64,000 nt of DNA from Eledone cirrhosa. Lineage: Eukaryota. The notes below the pieces were generated by a model, which was not told the origin of the DNA, did not search any database, and saw only the letters and a program-made list of their open reading frames with translations. Where the stretch lies: assembly GCA_964016885.1 (NCBI GenBank), contig CAXHJY010000883.1, positions 1-64,000 of the forward strand, written 5' to 3'. The position numbers and the translations under genes were made by a program. How positions within the stretch are numbered: position 1 is the first letter of the stretch; every line of letters begins with the position of its first letter. Shown piece by piece: positions 1 to 13,574 of this stretch.

Positions 1-2064
1 AGCGATATATATGTGAATATAGACATAGAATATTCGAAAATATTCTGTATGTTTATAATAAACATTTTGAAGACCTAATCGCTATAGAATAGAATACGTC
101 ACGTATTACAATTAGATTCTCGATAAAAGCAAGGGAAGTAATCTACGCGTTTCATTCTCGTAAGAAATCATCAGGACTACATATCCAGTGCTTTTATCGA
201 GAATGACACAGCTAGAGACTTATAGAATACTTAGCTGTGTACAGGAACTGGTTTGAAAGAGCGGTTGCCGGTCCGGCAGAAATTAGAAATTGGAATAAAT
301 GCTCTGAAATAGCGATATATATGTGAATATAGACATAGAATATTCGAAAATATTCTGTATGTTTATAATAAACATTTTGAAGACCTAATCGCTATAGAAT
401 AGAATACGTCACGTATTACAATTAGATTCTCGATAAAAGCAAGGGAAGTAATCTACGCGTTTCATTCTCGTAAGAAATCATCAGGACTACATATCCAGTG
501 CTTTTATCGAGAATGACACAGCTAGAGACTTATAGAATACTTAGCTGTGTACAGGAACTGGTTTGAAAGAGCGGTTGCCGGTCCGGCAGAAATTAGAAAT
601 TGGAATAAATGCTCTGAAATAGCGATATATATGTGAATATAGACATAGAATATTCGAAAATATTCTGTATGTTTAATAATAAACATTTGAAGACCTAATC
701 GCTATAGAATAGAATACGTCACGTATTACAATTAGATTCTCGATAAAAGCAAGGGAAGTAATCTACGCGTTTCATTCTCGTAAGAAATCATCAGGACTAC
801 ATATCCAGTGCTTTTATCGAGAATGACACAGCTAGAGACTTATAGAATACTTAGCTGTGTACAGGAACTGGTTTGAAAGAGCGGTTGCCGGTCCGGCAGA
901 AATTAGAAATTGGAATAAATGCTCTGAAATAGCGATATATATGTGAATATAGACATAGAATATTCGAAAATATTCTGTATGTTTATAATAAACATTTTGA
1001 AGACCTAATCGCTATAGAATAGAATACGTCACGTATTACAATTAGATTCTCGATAAAAGCAAGGGAAGTAATCTACGCGTTTCATTCTCGTAAGAAATCA
1101 TCAGGACTACATATCCAGTGCTTTTATCGAGAATGACACAGCTAGAGACTTATAGAATACTTAGCTGTGTACAGGAACTGGTTTGAAAGAGCGGTTGCCG
1201 GTCCGGCAGAAATTAGAAATTGGAATAAATGCTCTGAAATAGCGATATATATGTGAATATAGACATAGAATATTCGAAAATATTCTGTATGTTTATAATA
1301 AACATTTTGAAGACCTAATCGCTATAGAATAGAATACGTCACGTATTACAATTAGATTCTCGATAAAAGCAAGGGAAGTAATCTACGCGTTTCATTCTCG
1401 TAAGAAATCATCAGGACTACATATCCAGTGCTTTTATCGAGAATGACACAGCTAGAGACTTATAGAATACTTAGCTGTGTACAGGAACTGGTTTGAAAGA
1501 GCGGTTGCCGGTCCGGCAGAAATTAGAAATTGGAATAAATGCTCTGAAATAGCGATATATATGTGAATATAGACATAGAATATTCGAAAATATTCTGTAT
1601 GTTTATAATAAACATTTTGAAGACCTAATCGCTATAGAATAGAATACGTCACGTATTACAATTAGATTCTCGATAAAAGCAAGGGAAGTAATCTACGCGT
1701 TTCATTCTCGTAAGAAATCATCAGGACTACATATCCAGTGCTTTTTATCGAGAATGACACAGCTAGAGACTTATAGAATACTTAGCTGTGTACAGGAACT
1801 GGTTTGAAAGAGCGGTTGCCGGTCCGGCAGAAATTAATAGAATAATTCGAAATATCGTTAAATTAGTCTCGATAGTGAAGTAATCTACTCTTTTGATTCT
1901 CGATAAAAGAAGGAAGTCATCTACCGGTTTCATTCTAGTAAGAAATCATCAGGATATTCCAGGCTTTTGTCGAGAATGACACAGCTAGAGACTTATAGAA
2001 TACTTAGCTGTGTACAGGAACTGGTTTGAAAGAGCGGGTTGCCGGTCCGGCAGAAATTAGAAAT
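1..2064 (-). repeat. Tandem array of 310-bp HHR-containing unit (left arm, ribozyme on minus strand)
   Basis: AGCGATATAT recurs at 1, 311, 621, 931, 1241, 1551. Copies are near-identical, with a degraded stretch at ~1837-2064. The array runs off the window start. Confidence 0.97.
138..180 (-). ncRNA. Minimal type I hammerhead ribozyme (also at 448, 758, 1068, 1378, 1688)
   Basis: Minus strand reads GTAGTC-CTGATGA-TTTCT TACG AGAAT-GAAA-CGCG-TA-GATTAC. Stem I is GTAGTC/GATTAC, the core is intact, stem III is the palindrome ACGCGT and the site is GUA. Confidence 0.88.
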
Positions 2065-2065
2065 A

Positions 2066-4012
2066 ACGTGACGTATTCTATTCTATAGCGATTAGGTCTT
2101 CAAAATGTTTATTATAAACATACAGAATATTTTCGAATATTCTATGTCTATATTCACATATATATCGCTATTTCAGAGCATTTATTCCAATTTCTAATTT
2201 CTGCCGGACCGGCAACCGCTCTTTCAAACCAGTTCCTGTACACAGCTAAGTATTCTATAAGTCTCTAGCTGTGTCATTCTCGATAAAAGCACTGGATATG
2301 TAGTCCTGATGATTTCTTACGAGAATGAAACGCGTAGATTACTTCCCTTGCTTTTATCGAGAATCTAATTGTAATACGTGACGTATTCTATTCTATAGCG
2401 ATTAGGTCTTCAAAATGTTTATTATAAACATACAGAATATTTTCGAATATTCTATGTCTATATTCACATATATATCGCTATTTCAGAGCATTTATTCCAA
2501 TTCTAATTTCTGCCGGACCGGCAACCGCTCTTTCAAACAGTTCCTGTACACAGCTAAGTATTCTATAAGTCTCTAGCTGTGTCATTCTCGATAAAAGCAC
2601 TGGATATGTAGTCCTGATGACTTCTTACGAGAATGAAACGCGTAGATTACTTCCCTTGCTTTTATCGAGAATCTAATTGTAATACGTGACGTATTCTATT
2701 CTATAGCGATTAGGTCTTCAAAATGTTTATTATAAACATACAGAATATTTTCGAATATTCTATGTCTATATTCACATATATATCGCTATTTCAGAGCATT
2801 TATTCCAATTTCTAATTTCTGCCGGACCGGCAACCGCTCTTTCAAACCAGTTCCTGTACACAGCTAAGTATTCTATAAGTCTCTAGCTGTGTCATTCTCG
2901 ATAAAAGCACTGGATATGTAGTCCTGATGATTTCTTACGAGAATGAAACGCGTAGATTACTTCCCTTGCTTTTATCGAGAATCTAATTGTAATACGTGAC
3001 GTATTCTATTCTATAGCGATTAGGTCTTCAAAATGTTTATTATAAACATACAGAATATTTTCGAATATTCTATGTCTATATTCACATATATATCGCTATT
3101 TCAGAGCATTTATTCCAATTTCTAATTTCTGCCGGACCGGCAACCGCTCTTTCAAACCAGTTCCTGTACACAGCTAAGTATTCTATAAGTCTCTAGCTGT
3201 GTCATTCTCGATAAAAGCACTGGATATGTAGTCCTGATGATTTCTTACGAGAATGAAACGCGTAGATTACTTCCCTTGCTTTTATCGAGAATCTAATTGT
3301 AATACGTGACGTATTCTATTCTATAGCGATTAGGTCTTCAAAATGTTTATTATAAACATACAGAATATTTTCGAATATTCTATGTCTATATTCACATATA
3401 TATCGCTATTTCAGAGCATTTATTCCAATTTCTAATTTCTGCCGGACCGGCAACCGCTCTTTCAAACCAGTTCCTGTACACAGCTAAGTATTCTATAAGT
3501 CTCTAGCTGTGTCATTCTCGATAAAAGCACTGGATATGTAGTCCTGATGATTTCTTACGAGAATGAAACGCGTAGATTACTTCCCTTGCTTTTATCGAGA
3601 ATCTAATTGTAATACGTGACGTATTCTATTCTATAGCGATTAGGTCTTCAAAATGTTTATTATAAACATACAGAATATTTTCGAATATTCTATGTCTATA
3701 TTCACATATATATCGCTATTTCAGAGCATTTATTCCAATTTCTAATTTCTGCCGGACCGGCAACCGCTCTTTCAAACCAGTTCCTGTACACAGCTAAGTA
3801 TTCTATAAGTCTCTAGCTGTGTCATTCTCGATAAAAGCACTGGATATGTAGTCCTGATGATTTCTTACGAGAATGAAACGCGTAGATTACTTCCCTTGCT
3901 TTTATCGAGAATCTAATTGTAATACGTGACGTATTCTATTCTATAGCGATTAGGTCTTCAAAATGTTTATTATAAACATACAGAATATTTTCGAATATTC
4001 TATGTCTATATT

Positions 4013-4017
<5 letters not shown>
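2066..4017 (+). repeat. Tandem array of the same 310-bp unit, inverted (right arm)
   Basis: Reverse complement of the 1-310 unit, about 6.3 copies, ending at CTATATTCAC followed by (TA)n. Confidence 0.97.
2300..2342 (+). ncRNA. Minimal type I hammerhead ribozyme (also at 2608, 2918, 3228, 3538, 3848)
   Basis: GTAGTCCTGATGATTTCTTACGAGAATGAAACGCGTAGATTAC, enclosed by the 16-bp stem ATTCTCGATAAAAGCA/TGCTTTTATCGAGAAT. Confidence 0.88.
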
Positions 4018-4060
<43 letters not shown>

Positions 4061-4770
4061 AGAGTATTGAAGTTTGCTTGAAGCATTGTGGAATAATAGG
4101 TAAATATCTTTAAGTCGTTTGAAAGCCTCGACAATGCAAATGGGTAAATCTCCGGGTAACAAGGTCCGGTGGTGGAGAGAGAGATGTAAGTGGGTGTACG
4201 TTGAGATACGTGGCGTGTATAAGACGTGTAGAGGAATGAAGGAAAGAGCATAAAGGATAAAATAAAAATAACAACACGAGAGAGAGTTAGCTTGGGGGAG
4301 ATTTAATTGTCCCTATATATTTCGGATTCACATCCATCAACTGGGGTTTTTTTCCGGGGTGGGGGAAAGGTTGTCTGTCGGAAAGGTGCGAAACGCGTCC
4401 TCCGCTGTTCGTTGATTTATATATGGTCCATCTGGTTCCTTACCACATTTCCTTTGTTTTATATATATATATATATATATATATGGTTTTTACCATCATT
4501 TCCACTTGGGTCCAGGTCTGTTTATATCATTTATTTTGTTTGACCTGTTTAGCTTGACTTGTTTTTTGGCTTAGGTGGTTAATGCCTTCTTGACCACGTT
4601 TTTTCAGTTTGTATGGCGTTTTAACATATTGTTTAGCTCTAGTTTTTCTTAACTATTGGAGCGCTTGCCAGCATTTCTACGATTTTGCGTTTCGTTTCGC
4701 TTTTTCTATCAGCCGAAATACGATTCTGCTGAATATATATTTATATATATACATATATATATATATAATA

Positions 4771-4956
4771 TAGAAATGGCTTCTACAGGACTAGAGCTGT
4801 TTCATTCGGAGGAAATGTTGAGAGCTCTCCTGGTGATTTCCTCCGAATGAAACAGTTCTAGTCCTGTAGAAGCCATTTCTACATTAAATATTTATACTCT
4901 GCTATATATTGAATATCTTACTTACTGTGGTTACCCCCGATTGAACCTGGGATAAA
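4771..4956 (+). mobile_element. Small inverted-repeat PLE-type element with degenerate HHR and tail
   Basis: Arms 4771-4815 and 4836-4881. Contains CTGGTGA...GAAACAGTTC, has a tail with TACTCTG, and is flanked by (TA)n. Confidence 0.6.
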
Positions 4957-5252
4957 CATATATATATATATATTGGAAATGTGGGAGATCTTTGGTGCAG
5001 TTAGGTATATTTGAAAAAAGTAAAAGTTTGACTTCACTTGTAGTTGATATTCTATAACAATCTAATTTTATAATATTATAATTTTGCTATGTAGATCTAG
5101 ACATGAGAAAAAGTACTCAATACCGAGGTAAAGTTTAAACATTCATTTAATATAGCGAAGTAGAGAGCTGAGAGTACTGCGAATGTGCAAGCGATATATT
5201 TAATTATACACACACACACGCAAACACACGCATATATATATATATATATATA

Positions 5253-5571
5253 TCACATAAGAAACGGAGAATCAGTGGTGCGACGAATTCTAATTTATTA
5301 GACATTACAATCGCTTCCAGATTTGGAATCTCTGCTTCGAAAGATCGAGACGTATCTGAGGATCTTGCGATTTCAGAGTCAGGTTCGATCATCGCACTGA
5401 TCGGGCCTCGAACTGGTCGCCAGAGAAACGATTGTAATATGTCTAATACATTTTAATTCGTAGCATCACTGATTCTCCGTTTCTTATGTGATATTATACT
5501 CTGCTCTGTAAGAGCATCGAGTGCTCAAACAGCATACCGCTTACGGACGCTTTCAGCATCCCACACCAATT
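5253..5571 (+). mobile_element. Small inverted-repeat PLE-type element with tail
   Basis: TCACATAAGAAACGGAGAATCAGT pairs with ACTGATTCTCCGTTTCTTATGTGA. Tail is TACTCTGCTC...GAGCATCGAGTG, with (TA)n flanks. Confidence 0.6.
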
Positions 5572-5595
5572 TTATATACATATATATATATATAT

Positions 5596-5770
5596 GAAAA
5601 AGTCAGGACCCCGACGGCTAGATTCGAACAATTTGGATCTAGCTGTCTAAACGGCAGGAGCTTAGCCGTCGGGGTCCTGACATTTTCCTATTACCCACTG
5701 TACTACTCTAACTATCGAGCACTCTGGTGCGTTATGGTCCACCTGGTTTCTTACCAAACCTTCTTTCTTA
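5596..5770 (+). mobile_element. Family X mini-element (half-HHR, inverted repeat plus tail)
   Basis: Homologous to 23649-23841, 35043-35237 and 59751-59927. Confidence 0.8.
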
Positions 5771-5802
5771 TTTATATATGTATGCATGTCTATGTATATG
5801 CG

Positions 5803-6125
5803 CGGGGACATAGAAATAATCGGGCTGGATACCCGATCACGCGGTTAAACCACTGGGAGTGAAGGACCCCTAGATTTTGTCAGGGCATTGTTCTAGGAGA
5901 AGGCAACTCAGGAAACTGGGATGAATTCAACATAAAACCTGCGGCACAGTAGGTACCGATGATGTTGATCTTTTCTTCTTTTCGTGTTATAGCTTCTGTC
6001 GCTCAGAGAGTGGGATTGGCTCAGTGCACAATCTTTCCTCACTTTAAAAAAAATCTTCACGCACAGGCATTGCACAATAGAATTAATTGATAATTATTAA
6101 TAATGGTATATCGTGCAACGGCCAT
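5803..6125 (+). mobile_element. RTE-derived non-autonomous fragment (5' UTR-like)
   Basis: CTAGGAGAAGGCAACTC and GAGAGTGGGATTGG...CACAGGCATTGC are shared with the 17211 and 52961 elements. Confidence 0.55.
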
Positions 6126-6130
6126 ATTCG

Positions 6131-6184
<54 letters not shown>

Positions 6185-6232
6185 ATGAAATGACAGGAGG
6201 CTGGATTTGTGTAAATCCTTGAAAGGTTTATT

Positions 6233-6290
6233 ATACTATGATCATTTCAATGACTGGGTTCCGTATGAATCCGGTGATATCATCAGGTAT
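6233..6290 (-). ncRNA. Hammerhead ribozyme motif
   Basis: Minus strand reads ATAC-CTGATGA-imperfect stem II-GAAA-TGATCA-TA-GTAT. Stem III is the palindrome ATGATCAT. Confidence 0.7.
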
Positions 6291-6664
6291 TTGAAATATA
6301 ATACCTGAATGTAATAGGTAAAATCCATGGGGCTGAAAATCGAGACCCGAGGGCGACCGCTATTCTGTTCCTTCAACCTCAGCCGGTCGCCCTGGAGTGA
6401 CGTGGCTAAAGTTTATAGTATGCTACTACCGGTCATATAAACGAAAACAGAAAGGGAAGGGAGCATAAGTTAACGTCGATCTCATGACACAAGGTAAAAG
6501 AAAGAAAGAAAGGAAGGAGAGAGAATGTATATATATATATATATATATGGCCATACATATATATATATATGGCCATACTCGATACATATTTATATATATA
6601 TATATATATATATATGCGTGTGTGTGTGTGTGTGTGTGTGTAAATATATATATATATATGTAAA

Positions 6665-6865
6665 TAACGAAGGGAATGTGGTAAGGAACCAGATGGATAA
6701 TAACGCACCAGAGTACTCAATACTTAGGGTAGTAGAGTGGGTAATAGGAAAAAGTATGTCCCCGACGGCAGAGCTCAAGCCGTTTCGACGGCTATTTCTG
6801 GACTAGTCCAGAAATAGCCGTCGAAACGGTTCGAGCTCTGCCGTCGGGGATCATACTTTTTTCCT
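6665..6865 (-). mobile_element. Family X mini-element
   Basis: Reverse copy with fold-back centred on CTGGACTAGTCCAG (~6804), flanked by (TA)n. Confidence 0.85.
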
Positions 6866-6946
6866 ATATATGTAAATATATATATATGTAAATATATATA
6901 TATATGTAAATATATGTATATATAGATATGTAAATATATATATATG

Positions 6947-6994
<48 letters not shown>

Positions 6995-7192
6995 CAGATA
7001 TATATATATACACACATCTTTTTATCTCCTAGAAACTTAATTATGTCCTATGTTTAGATAAATGTGTATTTAATTTTAATACACAGGCTGTAATTGATTC
7101 TGGCGTTTCATTGTTTACATTAATGACTTTGTATGTTTGCGGTTTGGCTTTAACCCGGATCCTACTGAGATCTCTTATTATCATCTTTATGT

Positions 7193-7224
<32 letters not shown>

Positions 7225-7350
7225 TATTATATTATATTATATTATATATATATATCTGATCTATATATGTATATGTGTAAGTATATATATAAATATATAT
7301 ATATTATATATATATATATATTATATATATATCTGATCTATATGTGTAAG

Positions 7351-7443
<93 letters not shown>

Positions 7444-8067
7444 ATATATATATATATTATATATATATATATTATATATATATTATATTGTTATACTTTG
7501 GGAGGGTCATGTTGCCAATAAGAAACACACGCACCAGTTGCTTTCACTTCAATTTATTATAATAAATTTGTAAATTTAGGAATTTATAAATTTATAAAAT
7601 TCCGGTTGGTTGGTTCCACAACCAGATGGTTGTTTATATATTGTCAAAGTTCTTTCGTCACACATTCTGTGACCACTTCAGTGACTGGGGATTCTTTTCT
7701 TTGTTTTTGTGGCTCTCCTTTGTTCTGTCCTACGCCATTTTGTTTCTGTGTGTGTGTTGTGTGCTCAGGGTAAATTAGAGAACATAGAAATAAAAATAGA
7801 ATCTACGCACAGAAAAGACGCAATGTTTAGACAAATCACAGAGGCAATAAACATAAAAGAATTACAACCAAAATTAAATAGAAAACATGAATGGAACAGC
7901 AACATCACAACTTACAATTAAGGACAAAAATGAAAACACACACGCACATAGAACAAACAATCAACCTGTAACATGTAAATAAACAAATAAATAAACGAAT
8001 ATAAACACACACAGACACCCGGATGTGGCGCATACGCAGACTGAGCACACAACACACAGAAACAAAA

Positions 8068-8663
8068 GAACTAGGAATAAGGCTAATAGAATAAACTCAT
8101 GGTATGATAGCAATAAATACCAGAGTGTAATGTTCATCGATACAACCCCTAGAGGTGAATTAGCTTACAAATTTAGAAGGGTCCTAGATAAACATAAACT
8201 CAATATTAAGATAGTAGAAAGACCAGTTACCTCCGTAAAAACACTTATTAGCAAGACATACCCTTTCCAAAGACCCCCCTGTATAGATAAGAAATGTATA
8301 ACCTGTAAAATAAGCCCCCATATTAACTGTAAAACTAGAAATGTAGTGTATAACATAAGATGTACTGAAGGACAATGTAGAGACAAAAATATAGTGTACA
8401 TAGGTGAGACAGCTCGTAGTGTAGGGGAACGGATAAATGAACACTGGCGAGACCTTCAAGATAGTAAAGAATCATCTGTACTCTACCAACATGCTAAAAT
8501 AGAACATAAGCGTAAATTAGAGAACATAGAAATAAAAATAGAATCTACACACAGAAAAGACGCAATGTTTAGACAAATCACAGAGGCAATAAACATAAAA
8601 GAATTACAACCAAAATTAAATAGAAAACATGAAGGGAACAGCAACATCACAACTTACAATTAA
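8068..8663 (+). pseudogene. PLE ORF C-terminus: Cys-rich linker and GIY-YIG endonuclease
   Basis: FIDTTPRGELA...CIDKKCITC...NCKTRNVVYNIRC...YIGETARSVGERINEH...[19 protein letters not shown] is missing. Confidence 0.9.
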
Positions 8664-8860
8664 GGACAAAATGAAAACACACACGCACATAGAACAAACA
8701 ATCAACCTGTAACATGTAACTAAACAAATAAATAAACGAATATAAACACACACAGACACCCGGATGTGGCGCATACGCAGACTGAGCACACAACACACAG
8801 AAACAAAATGGCGTAGGACAGAACATAGGAGAGGCACAAAAACAAAGAAAAGAATCCCCA

Positions 8861-8903
8861 GTCACTGAAGAGGTCACAGAATGTGTGACGAAATAACTTT
8901 GAC
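8861..8903 (+). ncRNA. HHR in PLE pseudo-LTR (other copies 7643-7685, ~18708-18750, 35539-35581, all minus)
   Basis: GTCA-CTGAAGA-GGTCACA GAATG TGTGAC-GAAA-TAAC-TT-TGAC. The 7643 and 18708 copies have core mutations. Confidence 0.78.
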
Positions 8904-9132
8904 AATATATAAACAACCATCTGGTTGTGGAACCAACCAACCGGAAATTTATAAATTTATAAATTCCTAAATTCCTAAATTTATAAATTTATTATAATAA
9001 ATTGAAGTGAAAGCAACTGGTGCGTGTGTTTCTTATTGGCAACATGACCCTCCCAAAGTATAACAATATCGGTTTCAACACACGTTCTCAGATAAAGAAT
9101 CTTGCTAAACAAATTCAGAAACGAAATATATA

Positions 9133-10144
9133 TTATATATATATTATATATATATTATATATATATATTATATATATATTATATATATATTATATATATA
9201 TATAATATATATATTATATATATATATATATTATATATATATTTATTATATATATATATTATATATATATATATTTATATATATATTATATATATACATA
9301 TATATTATATATATATAATATATATATAATATATATATTATATATATATATATATTATATATATATATTATATATATATATTATATATATATATTATATA
9401 TATATATTATATATATATATATATATTATATATATATATTATATATATATATATATATTATATAAATATATATATATATATATTATATAAATATATATAT
9501 ATATATATTATATAAATATATATATATATATAATATAAATATATATATATATATTATATATATATATTATATATATATATATATATTATATATATATATA
9601 TATTATATATATATATTATATATATATATATTATATATATATATATTATATATATATATTATATATATATATATTATATATATATATTATATATATATAT
9701 TATATATATATATATATTATATATATATATTATATATATATATATTATATATATATATTATATATATATATTATATATCTATTTATATATTATATATATA
9801 TATGTATATATTATATAAATATATATATATTTTATATATATATATTATATATATATATATATTATATATATATATATTATATATATATTATATATATATA
9901 TATTATATATATATTATATATATATATGTATTATATATTATAAATATATATATTATATATATGTATTATATATATTATATATATATATGTATTATATATT
10001 ATATATATATATATTATACATATATTATATATATATATGTATTATATATTATATATATATATATTATATATATATATGTATTATATATTATATATATATA
10101 TATTATATATATATTATATATATATATGTATTATATATTATATA

Positions 10145-10176
<32 letters not shown>

Positions 10177-10304
10177 GTATTATATATTATATATATATAT
10201 ATTATACATATATTATATATATATATGTATTATATATATATATGTATTATATATTATATATATATATATTATATATATATTATATATATAAATATATATT
10301 ATAT

Positions 10305-10337
<33 letters not shown>

Positions 10338-10356
10338 TATATATATATATATATTA

Positions 10357-10430
<74 letters not shown>

Positions 10431-10549
10431 ATATATATATTATATATATTATATATATATAGATATATATTATATATATATAGATATATATTATATATAT
10501 ATAGATATATATTATATATATATTATATTATATATATATAGATATATAT

Positions 10550-10581
<32 letters not shown>

Positions 10582-11104
10582 ATATTATATATATTATTAT
10601 ATTCATATATATAGATATATATTATATATATATTATATATTATATATATATATATATATTATATATATTATATATATATAAGAAATGAAATTTCGTTTTC
10701 ATTTTGTTTCAATTTATATATATATAGATATATATTATATATATATTATATATATATATTATATATATATAGATATATATTATATATATATTATATTATA
10801 TATATATAGATATATATTATATATATATTATATTATATATATATATATATATATTATATATATTAATATCATATATATATATTATATATATATTATATTT
10901 ATATATATATAGATATATATTATATATATATATATATATTATATATATTATATATATATATATATATATAGATATATATTATATTATATATATATATTTT
11001 ATATATATATTATATATATATAATATATATATATATATATAGTATATATATTATATATATTATATATATGTTATATATGTTATATATATATATATTATAT
11101 ATAT

Positions 11105-11136
<32 letters not shown>

Positions 11137-11249
11137 ATATATTATATATATATTATATATATTATATATATTATATATATATATTATTATATATATAATA
11201 TATATAATATATATATATTATATATATATATATATATATTTTATATATA

Positions 11250-11293
<44 letters not shown>

Positions 11294-11562
11294 ATATATA
11301 TAATATATATATATATATAATATATATAATATATATATATTATATATATATATTATATATAATATATATTTAATATATATAATATATATATATAATATAT
11401 ATATAATATATTTTATATATAATATATATTTAATATATATATATATATATAATATATATTAATATATATATATTATATATATATATATATATATAATAAT
11501 ATAGTATAATATATTTATATATAATATATATTTAATATTTATAATATATATTATATATATAT

Positions 11563-11594
<32 letters not shown>

Positions 11595-11863
11595 ATATAT
11601 TATATATATAATATTTATATAATATTTTGTGATTAAGGTAAGACAAGAGTTATCTTTAAGTAAGACAAGAGTTCTCTTTCGTAATTCTACTCATTCGGAT
11701 TTTAATTTACTCTTTGTACTTGAAACAAAAGGTACGCTTCCTTGAGACTAACAATATCATATATAATATATGTATAATATATATATATATAATATATATA
11801 ATATATATAATATATGTATAATATATATATATATAATATATATATAATATATATATTATACAT

Positions 11864-11912
<49 letters not shown>

Positions 11913-12437
11913 TATAATATATATAATATTTATAATATATTATATATATATATATAATATATATATTAATATATATATATAATATATATATATATAATAT
12001 ATAACATTATATATATATAGATATAATATATATATAATATATATATAATATAATTATATATATATATATAATACATAATATATATATATAATATATACAT
12101 AATATATATATATAATATATATATATATATATAATACATACTATATATATATATATATATTATATATATAACAGATATATATATATATAATATATATATA
12201 TATATTTATATATAATATATATATATATATATATAATATATATAATATATTATAATATATATATATATAATATATATATAATATATTATATTATATATAT
12301 ATTATATATGTAACAATGTAACAGAATATATATATATATAATATATATATAATATATTATTAATATATAAATATATATAATATATATATAATATATTATA
12401 ATATATATATATATATATAACATATATATATATTATA

Positions 12438-12503
<66 letters not shown>

Positions 12504-12507
12504 TATA
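9133..12507. repeat. Degenerate (TA)n microsatellite tract
   Basis: About 3.4 kb of almost pure A/T with two short inserts. Confidence 0.97.
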
Positions 12508-12680
12508 TTGGAAAATGTATTAGAGCGTTGGTACAGTTAGGTATATTTGAAAAAAAGGAAAAGAAAGAATCCACTTGTAGTCTAAACAAATTTATTTTAT
12601 TTTATAATATTATAATATAAAATTAAAATCAATTTGTTTAGAACTACAAGTGAAGTTATTCTTTCCTTTTTTTCAAATAT
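12508..12680 (-). mobile_element. Small inverted-repeat element related to 4973-5100
   Basis: TTGGAAA...GGT(G/A)CAGTTAGGTATATTTGAAAAAA is shared. Arms are ATATTTGAAAAAAAGGAAA..CACTTGTAG / CTACAAGTG..TTTCCTTTTTTTCAAATAT. Confidence 0.6.
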
Positions 12681-13539
12681 ATTATATATATAATATATAT
12701 ATAAGACTAAGTTTTCTGTTTGTGTGGTGTGTGTGTGTGTGTGTGGACAATTTTTAATGAGGGCTCATATATTCTAAACCATCCATGCGATTTCTTTGAA
12801 ATTTTCTACAGAGTTTCTTCTTGCACAAAACCTGTACATGATCTACAAAGGCTTTCACAAATCGATATTGTGGCCTTTGAAGACATTAAATAATTTCGGT
12901 TATTTGTGGGTGAATTTTCGTGATTAAGTAAGACAAGAGTTATCTTTAAGTATGACAAGCGTTCTCTTTCGTAATTCTGCTCATTCTGATTTTAATTTAC
13001 TCTTTGTACTTGAAACAAAAGGGTACGCTTCCTTGAGACTAACAATATCAATTTGTATATTTCACAACCAGCAATTTCTGAACAGATTACTAAGTTAAGT
13101 TATAGATTTGACATTGTATAATTTATCGTTTCAAGCTTGTCCAAGTCTGTATTATCCCCATGGCATGACTTTTTAATTTTTCCACTCCATACTCCCTCAT
13201 CTCCTACCACCCGCTACTCACAACACCCGTGTCAGCCATGTTCAATCAATGAAGCAGTAATTTTAACTAATGTATTCCCAACGTGTTCAGGCAGACATTT
13301 TGTTTTACTCCATATATATTTTTTGTGTAATGTGTGGGTTATTTAGCTTTTAGTTTTACCGATTGAATGTATTCCCCTTTGAGGTTTCGATGATTGGCAT
13401 TGCTTAAATTGCATCCATCCCCCACATTTTTACACACACACACACACACACACATACACACATACATACATACATACATACATACATACATACATACATA
13501 CATACATACATACATACATACATTATGAATGAATTATGA

Positions 13540-13570
<31 letters not shown>

Positions 13571-13574
<4 letters not shown>

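Larger units (their letters stand above)
7485..9132 (+). mobile_element. 5'-truncated Penelope-like element with inverted and partial-tandem pseudo-LTRs
   Basis: Inverted pLTR 7485-7768, partial repeat 7770-8067 and main copy 8068-9132 with a GIY-YIG ORF and HHR, embedded in (TA)n. Confidence 0.9.

Noticed and set aside
4374-4402. CTGTCGG...GCGAAACGCGTC hammerhead-like motif
   Set aside because: The core is mutated at invariant positions and there is no convincing stem II.
12700-12900. Possible second Helitron 5' end
   Set aside because: No matching 3' hairpin-CTAG terminus found.
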